Positions 40,651 through 49,458 of a stretch of 64,000 bases of DNA are shown in pieces (position 1 is the first letter of the stretch; each line of letters opens with the position of its first letter). The notes beneath the pieces were generated by a model. That model saw only the letters and a list, made by a program, of their open reading frames with translations. It did no database searches and was not told the origin of the DNA. Origin of the DNA: a virus (taxonomy: Duplodnaviria; Caudoviricetes); IMG/VR virus record IMGVR_UViG_3300032030_000040, positions 1 to 64,000 of that record. One strand, given 5' to 3'. A program made the position numbers and the translations under genes.

Positions 40651-41428
40651 ATGGCAAGCAAACAGGAATCTCTTCAGGAATACTTTCTTATGGCAAAGGA
40701 GATCGCCAGACAGGAAAAGAGTCTCGGCATTGAGCATTGGGACTTCATTTCCATCGAGAGGGACGGTGACAAGGCAGGCGAGTATGTCAGGCTCTATCAC
40801 TACGACCTTCCGAGGCAGATTGCGGAGAAGTACGACTGGGTTGTACGGTGGCGTGCTGCAAAGCTCCAGTGCCAATACCCTCGCTATGGTGTGCGCATCT
40901 ACCATTCCCCATACAAGAAGGTGATGGGCGTGAACATCGGTATGCAAAAGGATATCGACACCTTTGTAGCTGCCAAGGCACAGTACACCAAGCAGAAGCG
41001 TATTCTTGACACCTACATATCTGAGCAGAAGGTAATGAACATTTTCTTCAGCGAAGACACGGACCAGGAGGTAATCAGGATAAAGGCCAAGCTCGAAGTT
41101 AAGAGAGAAAACATCGAACAGGCAGAGGCAAGGCTTATCGAGAAGGTTAAACAATTCAAATCACAGCAACATGGGAAGACCTCAGTCTAACGGACTTATA
41201 GAACTCGTTGATTCCAAGAGCGAGAATAGCGGATTTTTCTGCATACAGCTGGTGAGCTATCTCAACGAGGAAAGAAAGATGGGTACGCCAGAGTATGCCG
41301 ACTTGTGGGAAATAAGGTTCTCGCAGGCCAAGAACCATAATTGCGCATACAAGGACAAATGCCCCATCTTTGCAAAGACCAAGGCAAAGAAGTCACACGT
41401 ACCGATCCAACTGCAGCTTGATTTCTAA
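40651..41428 (+). CDS. two hypothetical proteins (40651..41190, 41171..41428)
   Basis: Overlapping ORFs. Confidence 0.6.
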
Positions 41429-41492
41429 AACACTATCGGGAGTCGATGCCTGAAAATTTCTTGTAATTTCCCCGAAAAAATATGCCTAAAAA

Positions 41493-41568
41493 CTTGCATA
41501 TTTGATAAACTTTTTGTACCTTTGTAATAGCAAATAAGATAAATACAAACTTTCAAAACTTAGGAATC
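41493..41568 (+). promoter_or_regulatory. repeated promoter + conserved leader
   Basis: CTTG 41493-41496, ATATTTGATAAA, TACCTTTG 41517-41524, GCAAATAAGATAA 41530-41542, TTCAAAACTT. Confidence 0.85.
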
Positions 41569-41898
41569 ATGCAGAAAATTAGTTTGAAGAAAGAGACAAT
41601 CAAGGCCATCGCAGACCGAATCAACGGTACTGAAGCCTCTGGCCAGTTGACAACTGTCACTGATGCGGAGTTCGAGCAGGACGGTTTCCTTATCATGGTA
41701 GATTACGAGGTCTATGGTGAGTGGCGTGACCAACAGATGAGACACAGCGAGGTTCCCTATAACAACATCGAGGACCTGTCAGGCTGGGAGCGTGACGGTG
41801 CAGCCATCAGCTTCATCAATGCCTATGGGGATGACGGTGAAGACGTGGAGATTGCCCAGAGCGACCTTGATGCCCTGATGGAAGAGATAGCAGCTTAA
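41569..41898 (+). CDS. highly acidic small protein
   Basis: 109 aa, D/E-rich; first gene after the leader. Confidence 0.65.
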   Translation: MQKISLKKETIKAIADRINGTEASGQLTTVTDAEFEQDGFLIMVDYEVYGEWRDQQMRHSEVPYNNIEDLSGWERDGAAISFINAYGDDGEDVEIAQSDLDALMEEIAA

Positions 41899-41949
41899 CT
41901 GAGGACAGGGGGCTTGCTCCCTTTCTCTTCACCATAAAATCAGAGAAGA

Positions 41950-42285
41950 ATGAAACTATACATTGCAACACCAATCAACTCCAGAACGGAGAAGACGTTA
42001 GAAGAGAAGAAACGTGCGGCCAAGCACCGAATAAATCTCCTGAAGGAAATCATCAGCAGCGATATGCGCTTCAGAAAGTATGACAAGCTGGTGAGCACCT
42101 TTGACATCAAGCAGATTATCAGCACGACTACTGAGGAAGTGGCATTAGGCCACTGTGTGACGGCAGTCCTTCAGAGCGATGCCATCTATCTCGATCACGG
42201 CTGGAACGCCAGTAACGGGTGTAACCTCGAATACCGAGCAGCTAAGATTTACGGGAAGGCTATTTACGAACACGATAAAATGTAA
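41950..42285 (+). CDS. DUF4406 / nucleoside deoxyribosyltransferase-like protein
   Basis: KLYIATPI...DAIYL..GW..SNGCNLE..AA. Confidence 0.7.
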   Translation: MKLYIATPINSRTEKTLEEKKRAAKHRINLLKEIISSDMRFRKYDKLVSTFDIKQIISTTTEEVALGHCVTAVLQSDAIYLDHGWNASNGCNLEYRAAKIYGKAIYEHDKM

Positions 42286-42290
42286 GCATT

Positions 42291-42776
42291 ATGAACAAAG
42301 AGACTATTCAGGGATTCACCGTAGAGTGTTACGACAGCTGGAAGTTCTGTCAGGATGAAGAGCAGAACAAGGTGGTGGCACAGCTTCCTCATCTGGCATA
42401 CGATGAGCTGCTGCATCACCGGAGCATGGAGCGTGGTAAGGTGTATCGGGCACAGCTGACGCTCGACGTGTCTAATCAGGATATGGAGGTGCCGATGAAG
42501 CCCGCATACCTTGGGGAAATGTTCAAGCACAACTTCGTCGAGACCACCGACAAGAAGAATGTCTTTGTCGGCTGGATAGTAAGGACTCGGACGAACTACA
42601 GCGATAAGGACAGCCTGACGTTCTATCTTGAGCACCCAGGCCCAGGAATACAGAGGTGGTGCGGAATCTGTTTCGGTTACGGAATGTTCTGGCATCCCAT
42701 GCCATCGACTATGCTCATGGATAGCACCCCACTTAACACCCCATTGAAATGCTTATTGACCATCGAGTTAATATAG
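42291..42776 (+). CDS. hypothetical protein
   Basis: 161-aa ORF. Confidence 0.6.
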   Translation: MNKETIQGFTVECYDSWKFCQDEEQNKVVAQLPHLAYDELLHHRSMERGKVYRAQLTLDVSNQDMEVPMKPAYLGEMFKHNFVETTDKKNVFVGWIVRTRTNYSDKDSLTFYLEHPGPGIQRWCGICFGYGMFWHPMPSTMLMDSTPLNTPLKCLLTIELI

Positions 42777-42818
42777 AGACACAGCGCCATGCGCTGGAAT
42801 TTGCTAAGTTTTGAAGTT

Positions 42819-42857
42819 GTAGCTGCTCGTCAGGGATGATAGGCAGCTACATTTTTT
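42819..42857 (+). terminator. intrinsic terminator
   Basis: GTAGCTGC...GCAGCTAC followed by ATTTTTT. Confidence 0.75.
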
Positions 42858-42913
42858 AACGTGGATTTGCTTACATATTTTAACGTTATTCTTCAAAACT
42901 TTCTGGCCGAAAA

Positions 42914-42990
42914 CTTGCATATTTGATAAACTTTTTGTACCTTTGAAGTAGCAAATAAGATAAGTAACAACAATTCAAAACTTCAAAATT
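42914..42990 (+). promoter_or_regulatory. repeated promoter + conserved leader
   Basis: CTTG 42914-42917, ATATTTGATAAA, TACCTTTG 42938-42945, GCAAATAAGATAA 42951-42963, TTCAAAACTT. Confidence 0.85.
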
Positions 42991-43557
42991 ATGGCAAATA
43001 CTTGTTTTACGGACTACACGTTTGTAGGAGAGCCAGAGAAAGCGAAGAAGCTGCTGGCAGATTTGAAGAGAGTCATTAACACCAAGCGTAAGGATTTAGG
43101 TCCTGACACCTACCTGTCTGAAAGCGACTGGCTGGGATGGATAGTAAGGGACTTGCTTGGCAAGGATGAGAAGGCCGACAATATCCATTGTGGGGGGACG
43201 TTCTATCTGGAGGATGAGCTGACCAATAACGAGGTACGCTTTACGACGGCGACACGCTGGACGCCCTGCAGGGAAATGTTCAAGATGCTTGCAGAGAAGT
43301 ACGGCCTTGACCATTACTACTACGCAGAGGAAATCGGCTGTGAGCTGCTGGAAACCAATGACGACCAAGGAATGTACTATACCAACCGCTACATGGTCAC
43401 TGGCTCAGACATCGAGGACCAGTATTTCGATACCAAGGAAGATGTGCTGGCCATGCTCAAGGAAGAGCTCGGCAAGGATTTCGGTAGCTGGGAGGAAATG
43501 AGAGCCGATGAAGAGAATACCTACGAATACAATGTTTATGAGATAGACGTAGTGTAA
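42991..43557 (+). CDS. acidic YubB/DUF1281-like protein
   Basis: MANTC..., F.TATRWTP, YYAEEIGC pattern. Confidence 0.55.
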   Translation: MANTCFTDYTFVGEPEKAKKLLADLKRVINTKRKDLGPDTYLSESDWLGWIVRDLLGKDEKADNIHCGGTFYLEDELTNNEVRFTTATRWTPCREMFKMLAEKYGLDHYYYAEEIGCELLETNDDQGMYYTNRYMVTGSDIEDQYFDTKEDVLAMLKEELGKDFGSWEEMRADEENTYEYNVYEIDVV

Positions 43558-43603
43558 TTATCCATAGGCGAAAAAGAATCCGTGAGGACACTTTGAGCAA
43601 CCG

Positions 43604-43642
43604 CAAGACCGCCAAGGCAAAGGGCTTTGAGCGGTCTTTTTT
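43604..43642 (+). terminator. intrinsic terminator
   Basis: AAGACCGC...GCGGTCTT followed by TTTT. Confidence 0.7.
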
Positions 43643-43654
43643 GGTGTCTGGTAC

Positions 43655-43722
43655 TGCACGTTTGAGTTCACCGCTTTGCGAGACAGAAATCCCTTCACCT
43701 ATTTCATTTATACTTAATTTTG
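43655..43722 (+). promoter_or_regulatory. candidate activator-dependent late promoter of the head operon
   Basis: TGCAC-N6-GTTCA (43655-43670) and TAATTTTG (43715-43722). Confidence 0.5.
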
Positions 43723-43750
43723 CTATCGTAAACCAAAGTATCAGGAAAAA

Positions 43751-45106
43751 ATGGCAAAACTATGCATTTACAACGAAATCGTTGATGAGGAAACCAAGGT
43801 GATGTACCAAGACTGGTACGGAACCGACGGCGTATGCTTCAAGGATATCCATGAGTTCCTTGACTCCATGAAGGATGATGACGGTGACATAGACATTCGT
43901 CTGCACTGCCCAGGCGGTGACTGTATCGAAGGCTGGGCTATCTATGACGCTCTCCGTACATCGGGTAAGAACATCACGGCGACCATCGACGGTGAGTGCT
44001 CGTCAATGGCGACCATCGTTCTTCTGGCAGCTCCCAAGGAGCGCCGTTTCGGTAACAAGAACGCAAGGCTGTGCATCCACAACCCTGCTGTTGCCTATCT
44101 CGACTTGTGGCCAGGTGACCGTCTCACAGCCGATGAGCTGGAGCAGCTGAAGAGCAAGCTGACGGCACAGCAGATGTCGCTTGTTGAGGAACAGAACAAA
44201 ATCCTTGACCTCTATGTAGAGCGCACGGGCTCAGACCGCAGCGCACTGCAGGCCCTCATGAATGAGGACAAATATGTTGATATGGATAAGGCTATCGAGC
44301 TTGGCTTCATATCATCTACCGTGGAGCCTAATACAGCATCCAAACATAACAAAAACAACAAGAAAATGAAAGTTTCGATTGAAAACAGAACGTTGGCAAA
44401 GCTGCTGTCAATGGCAGGAGTAGCCAAGATTGAGGACGTTGCAGTTCTCGATCAGAAAATTACCGCCGCTGACGGTTCCGAATTTACCGTAGAGCGCGAA
44501 GATGGTGACCCGCAGGTAGGCGACAAGGCTTATCCAAACGGCACGTACACTCTCGACGACGGTACCGTTGTCGTAGTCTCTGATGAAGTCATCGAGAGCA
44601 TCACGCCCGCCGATGATAATAATGATGAGGATATTAACTCCTTGAAGCAGCAGGTGGCTGACCTGACTGCACAGGTAGAGACCCTGACCAGCGAGAAGGA
44701 GGCTCTGGCCTCTGAGAAGGAAGCTCTTGAGGCAGACAAGACAGCTTTGGAGAGTCAGGTGTCAGCACTGACTACCGACAAGGAGAATCTGACAGCCGCC
44801 GTTAGCACCCTGACTTCCGAGAAGGAAGCCTTGGCAAGCGACAAGGCCGCTCTGGAGGCTGAGAAGACCACTCTCACCGAGGCTCAGAAGAGCGAGGAAG
44901 AGATTGCTATTCTCGACATCGTGAACAACGCCGGAGGCAAGGCATGGCTGGAGGCTGTTTCCAAGATGAAGTCCACCTTCCACACTGGTAACCGCTCTTT
45001 CCAAGAGCATCAGGGTGGCGGACAGCATGAGGGCGAGACCAAGACCCAGAAGATGCTCCGTGAGCAGCGTGAGCGTCAGGAGGCTAAGCGCAACGCTCGT
45101 AAATAA
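43751..45106 (+). CDS. ClpP-type prohead protease with coiled-coil scaffold extension
   Basis: LHCPGGD..EGWAIYDAL, CSSMAT, IHNP, AIELGF; heptad repeats LTSEKEALASEKEAL. Confidence 0.9.
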   Translation: MAKLCIYNEIVDEETKVMYQDWYGTDGVCFKDIHEFLDSMKDDDGDIDIRLHCPGGDCIEGWAIYDALRTSGKNITATIDGECSSMATIVLLAAPKERRFGNKNARLCIHNPAVAYLDLWPGDRLTADELEQLKSKLTAQQMSLVEEQNKILDLYVERTGSDRSALQALMNEDKYVDMDKAIELGFISSTVEPNTASKHNKNNKKMKVSIENRTLAKLLSMAGVAKIEDVAVLDQKITAADGSEFTVEREDGDPQVGDKAYPNGTYTLDDGTVVVVSDEVIESITPADDNNDEDINSLKQQVADLTAQVETLTSEKEALASEKEALEADKTALESQVSALTTDKENLTAAVSTLTSEKEALASDKAALEAEKTTLTEAQKSEEEIAILDIVNNAGGKAWLEAVSKMKSTFHTGNRSFQEHQGGGQHEGETKTQKMLREQRERQEAKRNARK

Positions 45107-45142
45107 TCAAGAATGTTAAACAAATTAAACCCATAGTGAATT

Positions 45143-46237
45143 ATGAATTTCGAACAGTACACTGTAGACAATGGTGCAATAAGAGACCTCAATGAGCTCA
45201 TATTCACCTCTGTGTTCAACGACCCTGACTTGGAGCGTGTCATCACTCCAATGACGAAGGTTGAGGACGGTAAGAAGCTGGGCTATGTTGACCGCATGGG
45301 CGACGTAGGTACGGCTGGTTCTGGTTGCGACCCCACCTATACCAAGGTGGAGATTTCGGGCTACGAAAAGGTATGGGAGCTGGGCGATTGGGAAATCCCC
45401 AAAAGCATCTGCTACAAGGAGCTGGAGCCCACCATCGCACGTTACGGTATGAAGGAAGGTACGGAGCGTGCCGACCTGCAGGACACCCCGTATTGGGATA
45501 AGTTCCTCATGCCTCTTCTGAAGAGCGCCATCAACGATATGTTCTGGCGTCTGGCATGGTTCGGTGACAAGAACGCCAAGCACACCACCGACGGCGGTGT
45601 CATCACCGAGGGCATTGACCTGAAGCTGCTCACCGTCTGTGACGGTCTGTGGAAGCGTCTGGAGACCATCATTGCCGCTCATCCCAGCCAGCAGATTGAG
45701 ATTACCGCCAACCAGCAGGCTACCTATACGGAGCAGAAGACCGCTCTCCGTGCCAAGGGCTATGCCATCGGTATCATGGACGACCTGCTGAGCGAGGCCG
45801 ATAGCCGTATCTTCGACAAGGAAGACCACGCTATCTTCATGACCAACTCTCTCTTCAAGGCCCTGCGTAACGACGTGAAGAATGTGAACAACATTCAGAT
45901 GCCTGTCGAGAAAATCATGTCCGGCATCCAGCTCTCTGAGTACGATGGTCATCCCGTGATTGTCATCGACATCTGGGACCGCATGATTAAGAAGTACGAG
46001 ACCGTTACAACGACCTCTGGCGAGGGCTCAAGCGCCGTGACCACCTCTAAGCTGAACTGTCCTCACCGTGCAGTCCTGGCTTCGCCCCAGAACCTCTTCG
46101 TAGGTACATCTGACAAGGACCGCATGGCCTCTCTGACCGTGAAGTTCGATGACCGCAAGCGTGACAACTTCATCTATGCAGCCTCTAACCTCGGTACTCT
46201 CATCGGTGAGGACGAGCTGGTACAGGTTGCTATGTAA
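45143..46237 (+). CDS. major capsid protein
   Basis: 364 aa, directly after the protease, strong codon bias, RLAWFGD...DGLWK motif. Confidence 0.8.
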   Translation: MNFEQYTVDNGAIRDLNELIFTSVFNDPDLERVITPMTKVEDGKKLGYVDRMGDVGTAGSGCDPTYTKVEISGYEKVWELGDWEIPKSICYKELEPTIARYGMKEGTERADLQDTPYWDKFLMPLLKSAINDMFWRLAWFGDKNAKHTTDGGVITEGIDLKLLTVCDGLWKRLETIIAAHPSQQIEITANQQATYTEQKTALRAKGYAIGIMDDLLSEADSRIFDKEDHAIFMTNSLFKALRNDVKNVNNIQMPVEKIMSGIQLSEYDGHPVIVIDIWDRMIKKYETVTTTSGEGSSAVTTSKLNCPHRAVLASPQNLFVGTSDKDRMASLTVKFDDRKRDNFIYAASNLGTLIGEDELVQVAM

Positions 46238-46263
46238 TGTGTAACCCCTAAAAAGATACGTGT

Positions 46264-46878
46264 ATGGAACTATGTGATTTCAAACTTGCTCAGGACGTTG
46301 CAGGCTCTTGCGAGAATCCGCAGGTCGCTGGCTTGAAGAACACTGGTTATCTCATCAACTACGATGATATCGACTGGGACCAGCTCGCCAAGAATGCTGA
46401 TAATCCTAATATCGTCGAGACACTGCTCTTGCTGTCTGGCAAGCGTGCCTATAAGGTTGTGGTGCCTGGCAACACTCCTTTCACTGGCACCAACGTTGCC
46501 ATGACTCAGGGCACATACCGTAATAAGTTCACCAAGACGGCTGCAATGGTTGTCCTGAACAGTGGTCCTGACGTTTCCAAGAACATCATCGACCAGCTGG
46601 CCAACGGACGCTTTGTGTTCATCTTCGAGAACAAGTTCCAAGGTGCCGACCACAAGAACACCTTCGAGATTTACGGTCTGGAGCAGGGTCTTGCTGCAAA
46701 CGAGATTTCCAATGACAAGTATTCTGAGGAAACAGACGGTGGATGGGCAGTTTCCCTCCAAGAGACAAACGCCCCGTCAAGTGGTATGTTCTTCTTCAAG
46801 ACGGATATCGCCACTACCCGTGCTGCCCTTGTATCTCTCGCTACAGGTAATACAAATAATACAGATAATAACGGCTAA
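46264..46878 (+). CDS. major tail (tube) protein, probable
   Basis: 204 aa, GRFVFIFENK...FEIYGLEQGL, strong codon bias. Confidence 0.65.
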   Translation: MELCDFKLAQDVAGSCENPQVAGLKNTGYLINYDDIDWDQLAKNADNPNIVETLLLLSGKRAYKVVVPGNTPFTGTNVAMTQGTYRNKFTKTAAMVVLNSGPDVSKNIIDQLANGRFVFIFENKFQGADHKNTFEIYGLEQGLAANEISNDKYSEETDGGWAVSLQETNAPSSGMFFFKTDIATTRAALVSLATGNTNNTDNNG

Positions 46879-46899
46879 GAGCTAACATAAAATAGCGTT

Positions 46900-47721
46900 A
46901 TGGCTGATTATGAGAAAACCCTGAAAACGCTTGAAGAAATGAGAAGTCGGTTTGAATCCGGCTTCTCGTCTTCCGATAGAGTGACTATTGAACAGCTCTA
47001 CTTGCAGATATGCGGTAAGAGAGTTCGCAATACAGGCTGTCGTGACTGTTATCGTGATGCCTATATTGAAATCAGAAGTAAACTTAAAATTTTAGGAAAG
47101 ATGCCAAAGAAAGCTAATTACGTGCTGAAGGCTGGTGCTATCATCCATCCGCAGGGCACAAGCAAGTTTTACAGCCTGAACAACTGCCCCGATGAGGTAG
47201 CAGAAGAGTTGCTGGCTAAGTACCCGTCTGAAATCTCGAAGTTCGAGACCTTCCCCACCGATTGGGAGAGCCGTGTGAAGGCTCGCAAGGAAGGGACTGC
47301 CGTAGAGCCCACCAAGGAAGAGCTCAAGGCTGAGATTGACAAGCTCAACGCAACAATCGAGACCAAGGAGAAGGAGATTGAAGAGCTGAAAACCGCCGCA
47401 GACAACAGCGAGGCTGAGATTGAGATTGAGACCCTGAAGGCCGATCTTGCAACAGCCAACGAGAAGCTGGAGAAGTGCAAGGCCGAGGCTCAGGAAGAGG
47501 TGAAGTCTCTCAACAAGACCATCGCTGACCTCAAGCTGCAGCTGACCGATGCAGGCACTGAGTCGGAGAAGAAGGACGCAGAACTCAAGAAGGTCGCTGC
47601 TGAGCTGGCCGAGGCCAAGGCCAAGGACGCAGACCAGAGCGCAAAGATTGAGGCTCTGCAGAATGAGCTCGAAGCTGCCAAGAAGGCTGCTGAGCCAAAG
47701 AAAGAGACTGAGAAGAAGTAA
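46900..47721 (+). CDS. hypothetical protein with CxxC and long coiled coil
   Basis: GCRDCYRD; E/K/A-rich C-terminal half. Confidence 0.65.
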   Translation: MADYEKTLKTLEEMRSRFESGFSSSDRVTIEQLYLQICGKRVRNTGCRDCYRDAYIEIRSKLKILGKMPKKANYVLKAGAIIHPQGTSKFYSLNNCPDEVAEELLAKYPSEISKFETFPTDWESRVKARKEGTAVEPTKEELKAEIDKLNATIETKEKEIEELKTAADNSEAEIEIETLKADLATANEKLEKCKAEAQEEVKSLNKTIADLKLQLTDAGTESEKKDAELKKVAAELAEAKAKDADQSAKIEALQNELEAAKKAAEPKKETEKK

Positions 47722-47743
47722 TTGATTAGCCCATTGCCTATAT

Positions 47744-48919
47744 ATGAATATCAATAACGTACAGCGTTCAAAGAAACGTTTCGACACATCGTACCTAAGC
47801 AATCTTGGAATCCAAGCATACGGTAAGGATAATCTGTACCCACAAAGGATGAATGACCTCATCCGATGCAGTGCAACTGGCGGAACGTGCTGTGACCGCT
47901 ATCAGGCGTTCATAGAAGGCAATGGGCTGAACAATACTATTTTTGCGGAATATGAGTGCAACCGCATGGGCCAGACCGTTGACGATATCTATAGTCTCGT
48001 CGCTCAGGACATGGCGCAGCATCATGGGTTTGCCCTTCATGTGAACTATAACATGATGTGTCAGATTGTGGAAGTCACTCATGTACCGTTTATGCAGTGC
48101 AGGCTCGAAGAAGAGACTGAGGACGGCAAGGTGGTGCATATCGCCGTGCATCCAGACTGGAGTGGCCACAAGACTCGTAAGGGCAAGCCTATCAAGGTCA
48201 GCAAGGAGAACGTCAAGAAGATTTATACCTTCAACCCACGCAAGGAGGTCGTGCTGTCTCAGATAGTGGCCTCTGGCGGCATAGAGAATTACAGGGGACA
48301 AATACTGTGGTTCTCCATGGACGGCAAGTGGGAGTACCCCATACCCATCTATGACAAGGTGGTGACGTGTCTATCTACAGATGAAGGACTGGATAACGTG
48401 AAGTACCGCAATGTCCGTAACAATTTCCTTATGTCTGGTATGCTCGTCCATAAGAAGGGCTCAACGCTGGGCATCGACGATGAGGGGAACCCCATCAAGG
48501 AAGACAACAACAGTGATGTCAGCGAGAGTCTGAACATCTTCCAAGGTGACGAGAACGCCTGTGCTATCATGGACGTTACGATTCAGCAGGAGGAAGACAA
48601 GCCTGATTTCGTCCGTTTCGAGGCCAACAATTTCGATGGCAAGTTCAAGACAACGGATGAAAGCGTCATCAGCCGTATCTATTCGGCTTTCGGGCAGGAG
48701 CCTTGGTACCGCATCAGGAACGGTAGCCTTGGATTTTCCAGCGAGATACTGTCTGAGGCATACGAATACTACAATTCCTATGTCAGCAAGGAGCGCCGTG
48801 CCATAAGCCGTGCATTAAAACGTATCTTCGATTTCTGGTATGAGCAGGCAAATCCTTCTGGCGACTATGAGGTACAGCCATTGGTATATGTGAACAATAA
48901 AAAGGAGGACGACAAATGA
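47744..48919 (+). CDS. portal protein
   Basis: AYGKDNLYPQ, FIEGNG, YPIPIY, NNFLMSGML, IYSAFGQ; size and context fit a portal. Confidence 0.8.
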   Translation: MNINNVQRSKKRFDTSYLSNLGIQAYGKDNLYPQRMNDLIRCSATGGTCCDRYQAFIEGNGLNNTIFAEYECNRMGQTVDDIYSLVAQDMAQHHGFALHVNYNMMCQIVEVTHVPFMQCRLEEETEDGKVVHIAVHPDWSGHKTRKGKPIKVSKENVKKIYTFNPRKEVVLSQIVASGGIENYRGQILWFSMDGKWEYPIPIYDKVVTCLSTDEGLDNVKYRNVRNNFLMSGMLVHKKGSTLGIDDEGNPIKEDNNSDVSESLNIFQGDENACAIMDVTIQQEEDKPDFVRFEANNFDGKFKTTDESVISRIYSAFGQEPWYRIRNGSLGFSSEILSEAYEYYNSYVSKERRAISRALKRIFDFWYEQANPSGDYEVQPLVYVNNKKEDDK

Positions 48920-49455
48920 AACACCTGCTGAAACCAGAAGAACTACGAAAGCTCGGACGGCCTATCGGAAAGGTCGCCGATGACAAGTTGACAGCCTTCA
49001 TTACGGAGGCTGAGCAGCTTCATATAAAGCCAATCCTCGGTGACAAGCTCTTCCTGGAGTTACTTGATGAAGCCGAGAAAGAAGATGGCGGAGAAAAGAA
49101 TGAAACCTTACAGATGCTGTTGAACGGTGGCACGTATAAGGTCAAGGAGGGTACGGAGAACGAAAGCCCGTGTTCCTTTACTGGTCTGAAGGTGGCAATG
49201 TCTTACTTCGTCTATGCTCAGAACCTCATGGTGGGGGATATCGAGAGTACACGCTACGGCTCTGTCATCAAGAACGGTGACTATTCCAATCATGTGTCAT
49301 CAAAGGAGCGTTCGGACGCTTACAACAATACGCTGGAGGTGGCTAACAGCTACCTCAAGGAGTGTGTGGCCTACTGCAAGGAGAAAAAGCTGATACAGTC
49401 TGCAGGGAAGGCCACGGCAAAAATCGGTGGAGTCATCATTAAGAAAATCGGTTAG
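48916..49455 (+). CDS. head-tail connector-like protein
   Basis: FITEAEQLHIKPILGDKLF, GLKVAMSYFVYA; follows the portal. Confidence 0.65.
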   Translation: MKHLLKPEELRKLGRPIGKVADDKLTAFITEAEQLHIKPILGDKLFLELLDEAEKEDGGEKNETLQMLLNGGTYKVKEGTENESPCSFTGLKVAMSYFVYAQNLMVGDIESTRYGSVIKNGDYSNHVSSKERSDAYNNTLEVANSYLKECVAYCKEKKLIQSAGKATAKIGGVIIKKIG

Positions 49456-49458
49456 TGT

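Noticed and set aside
3328-42990. Repeated ~60-nt motif as a CRISPR array, att sites or IS ends
   Set aside because: The copies are dispersed by kilobases, match the Bacteroidetes promoter consensus, and no cas, integrase or transposase genes are seen.
44640-44890. Tandem DNA repeats
   Set aside because: These are heptad coiled-coil coding repeats in the protease scaffold.
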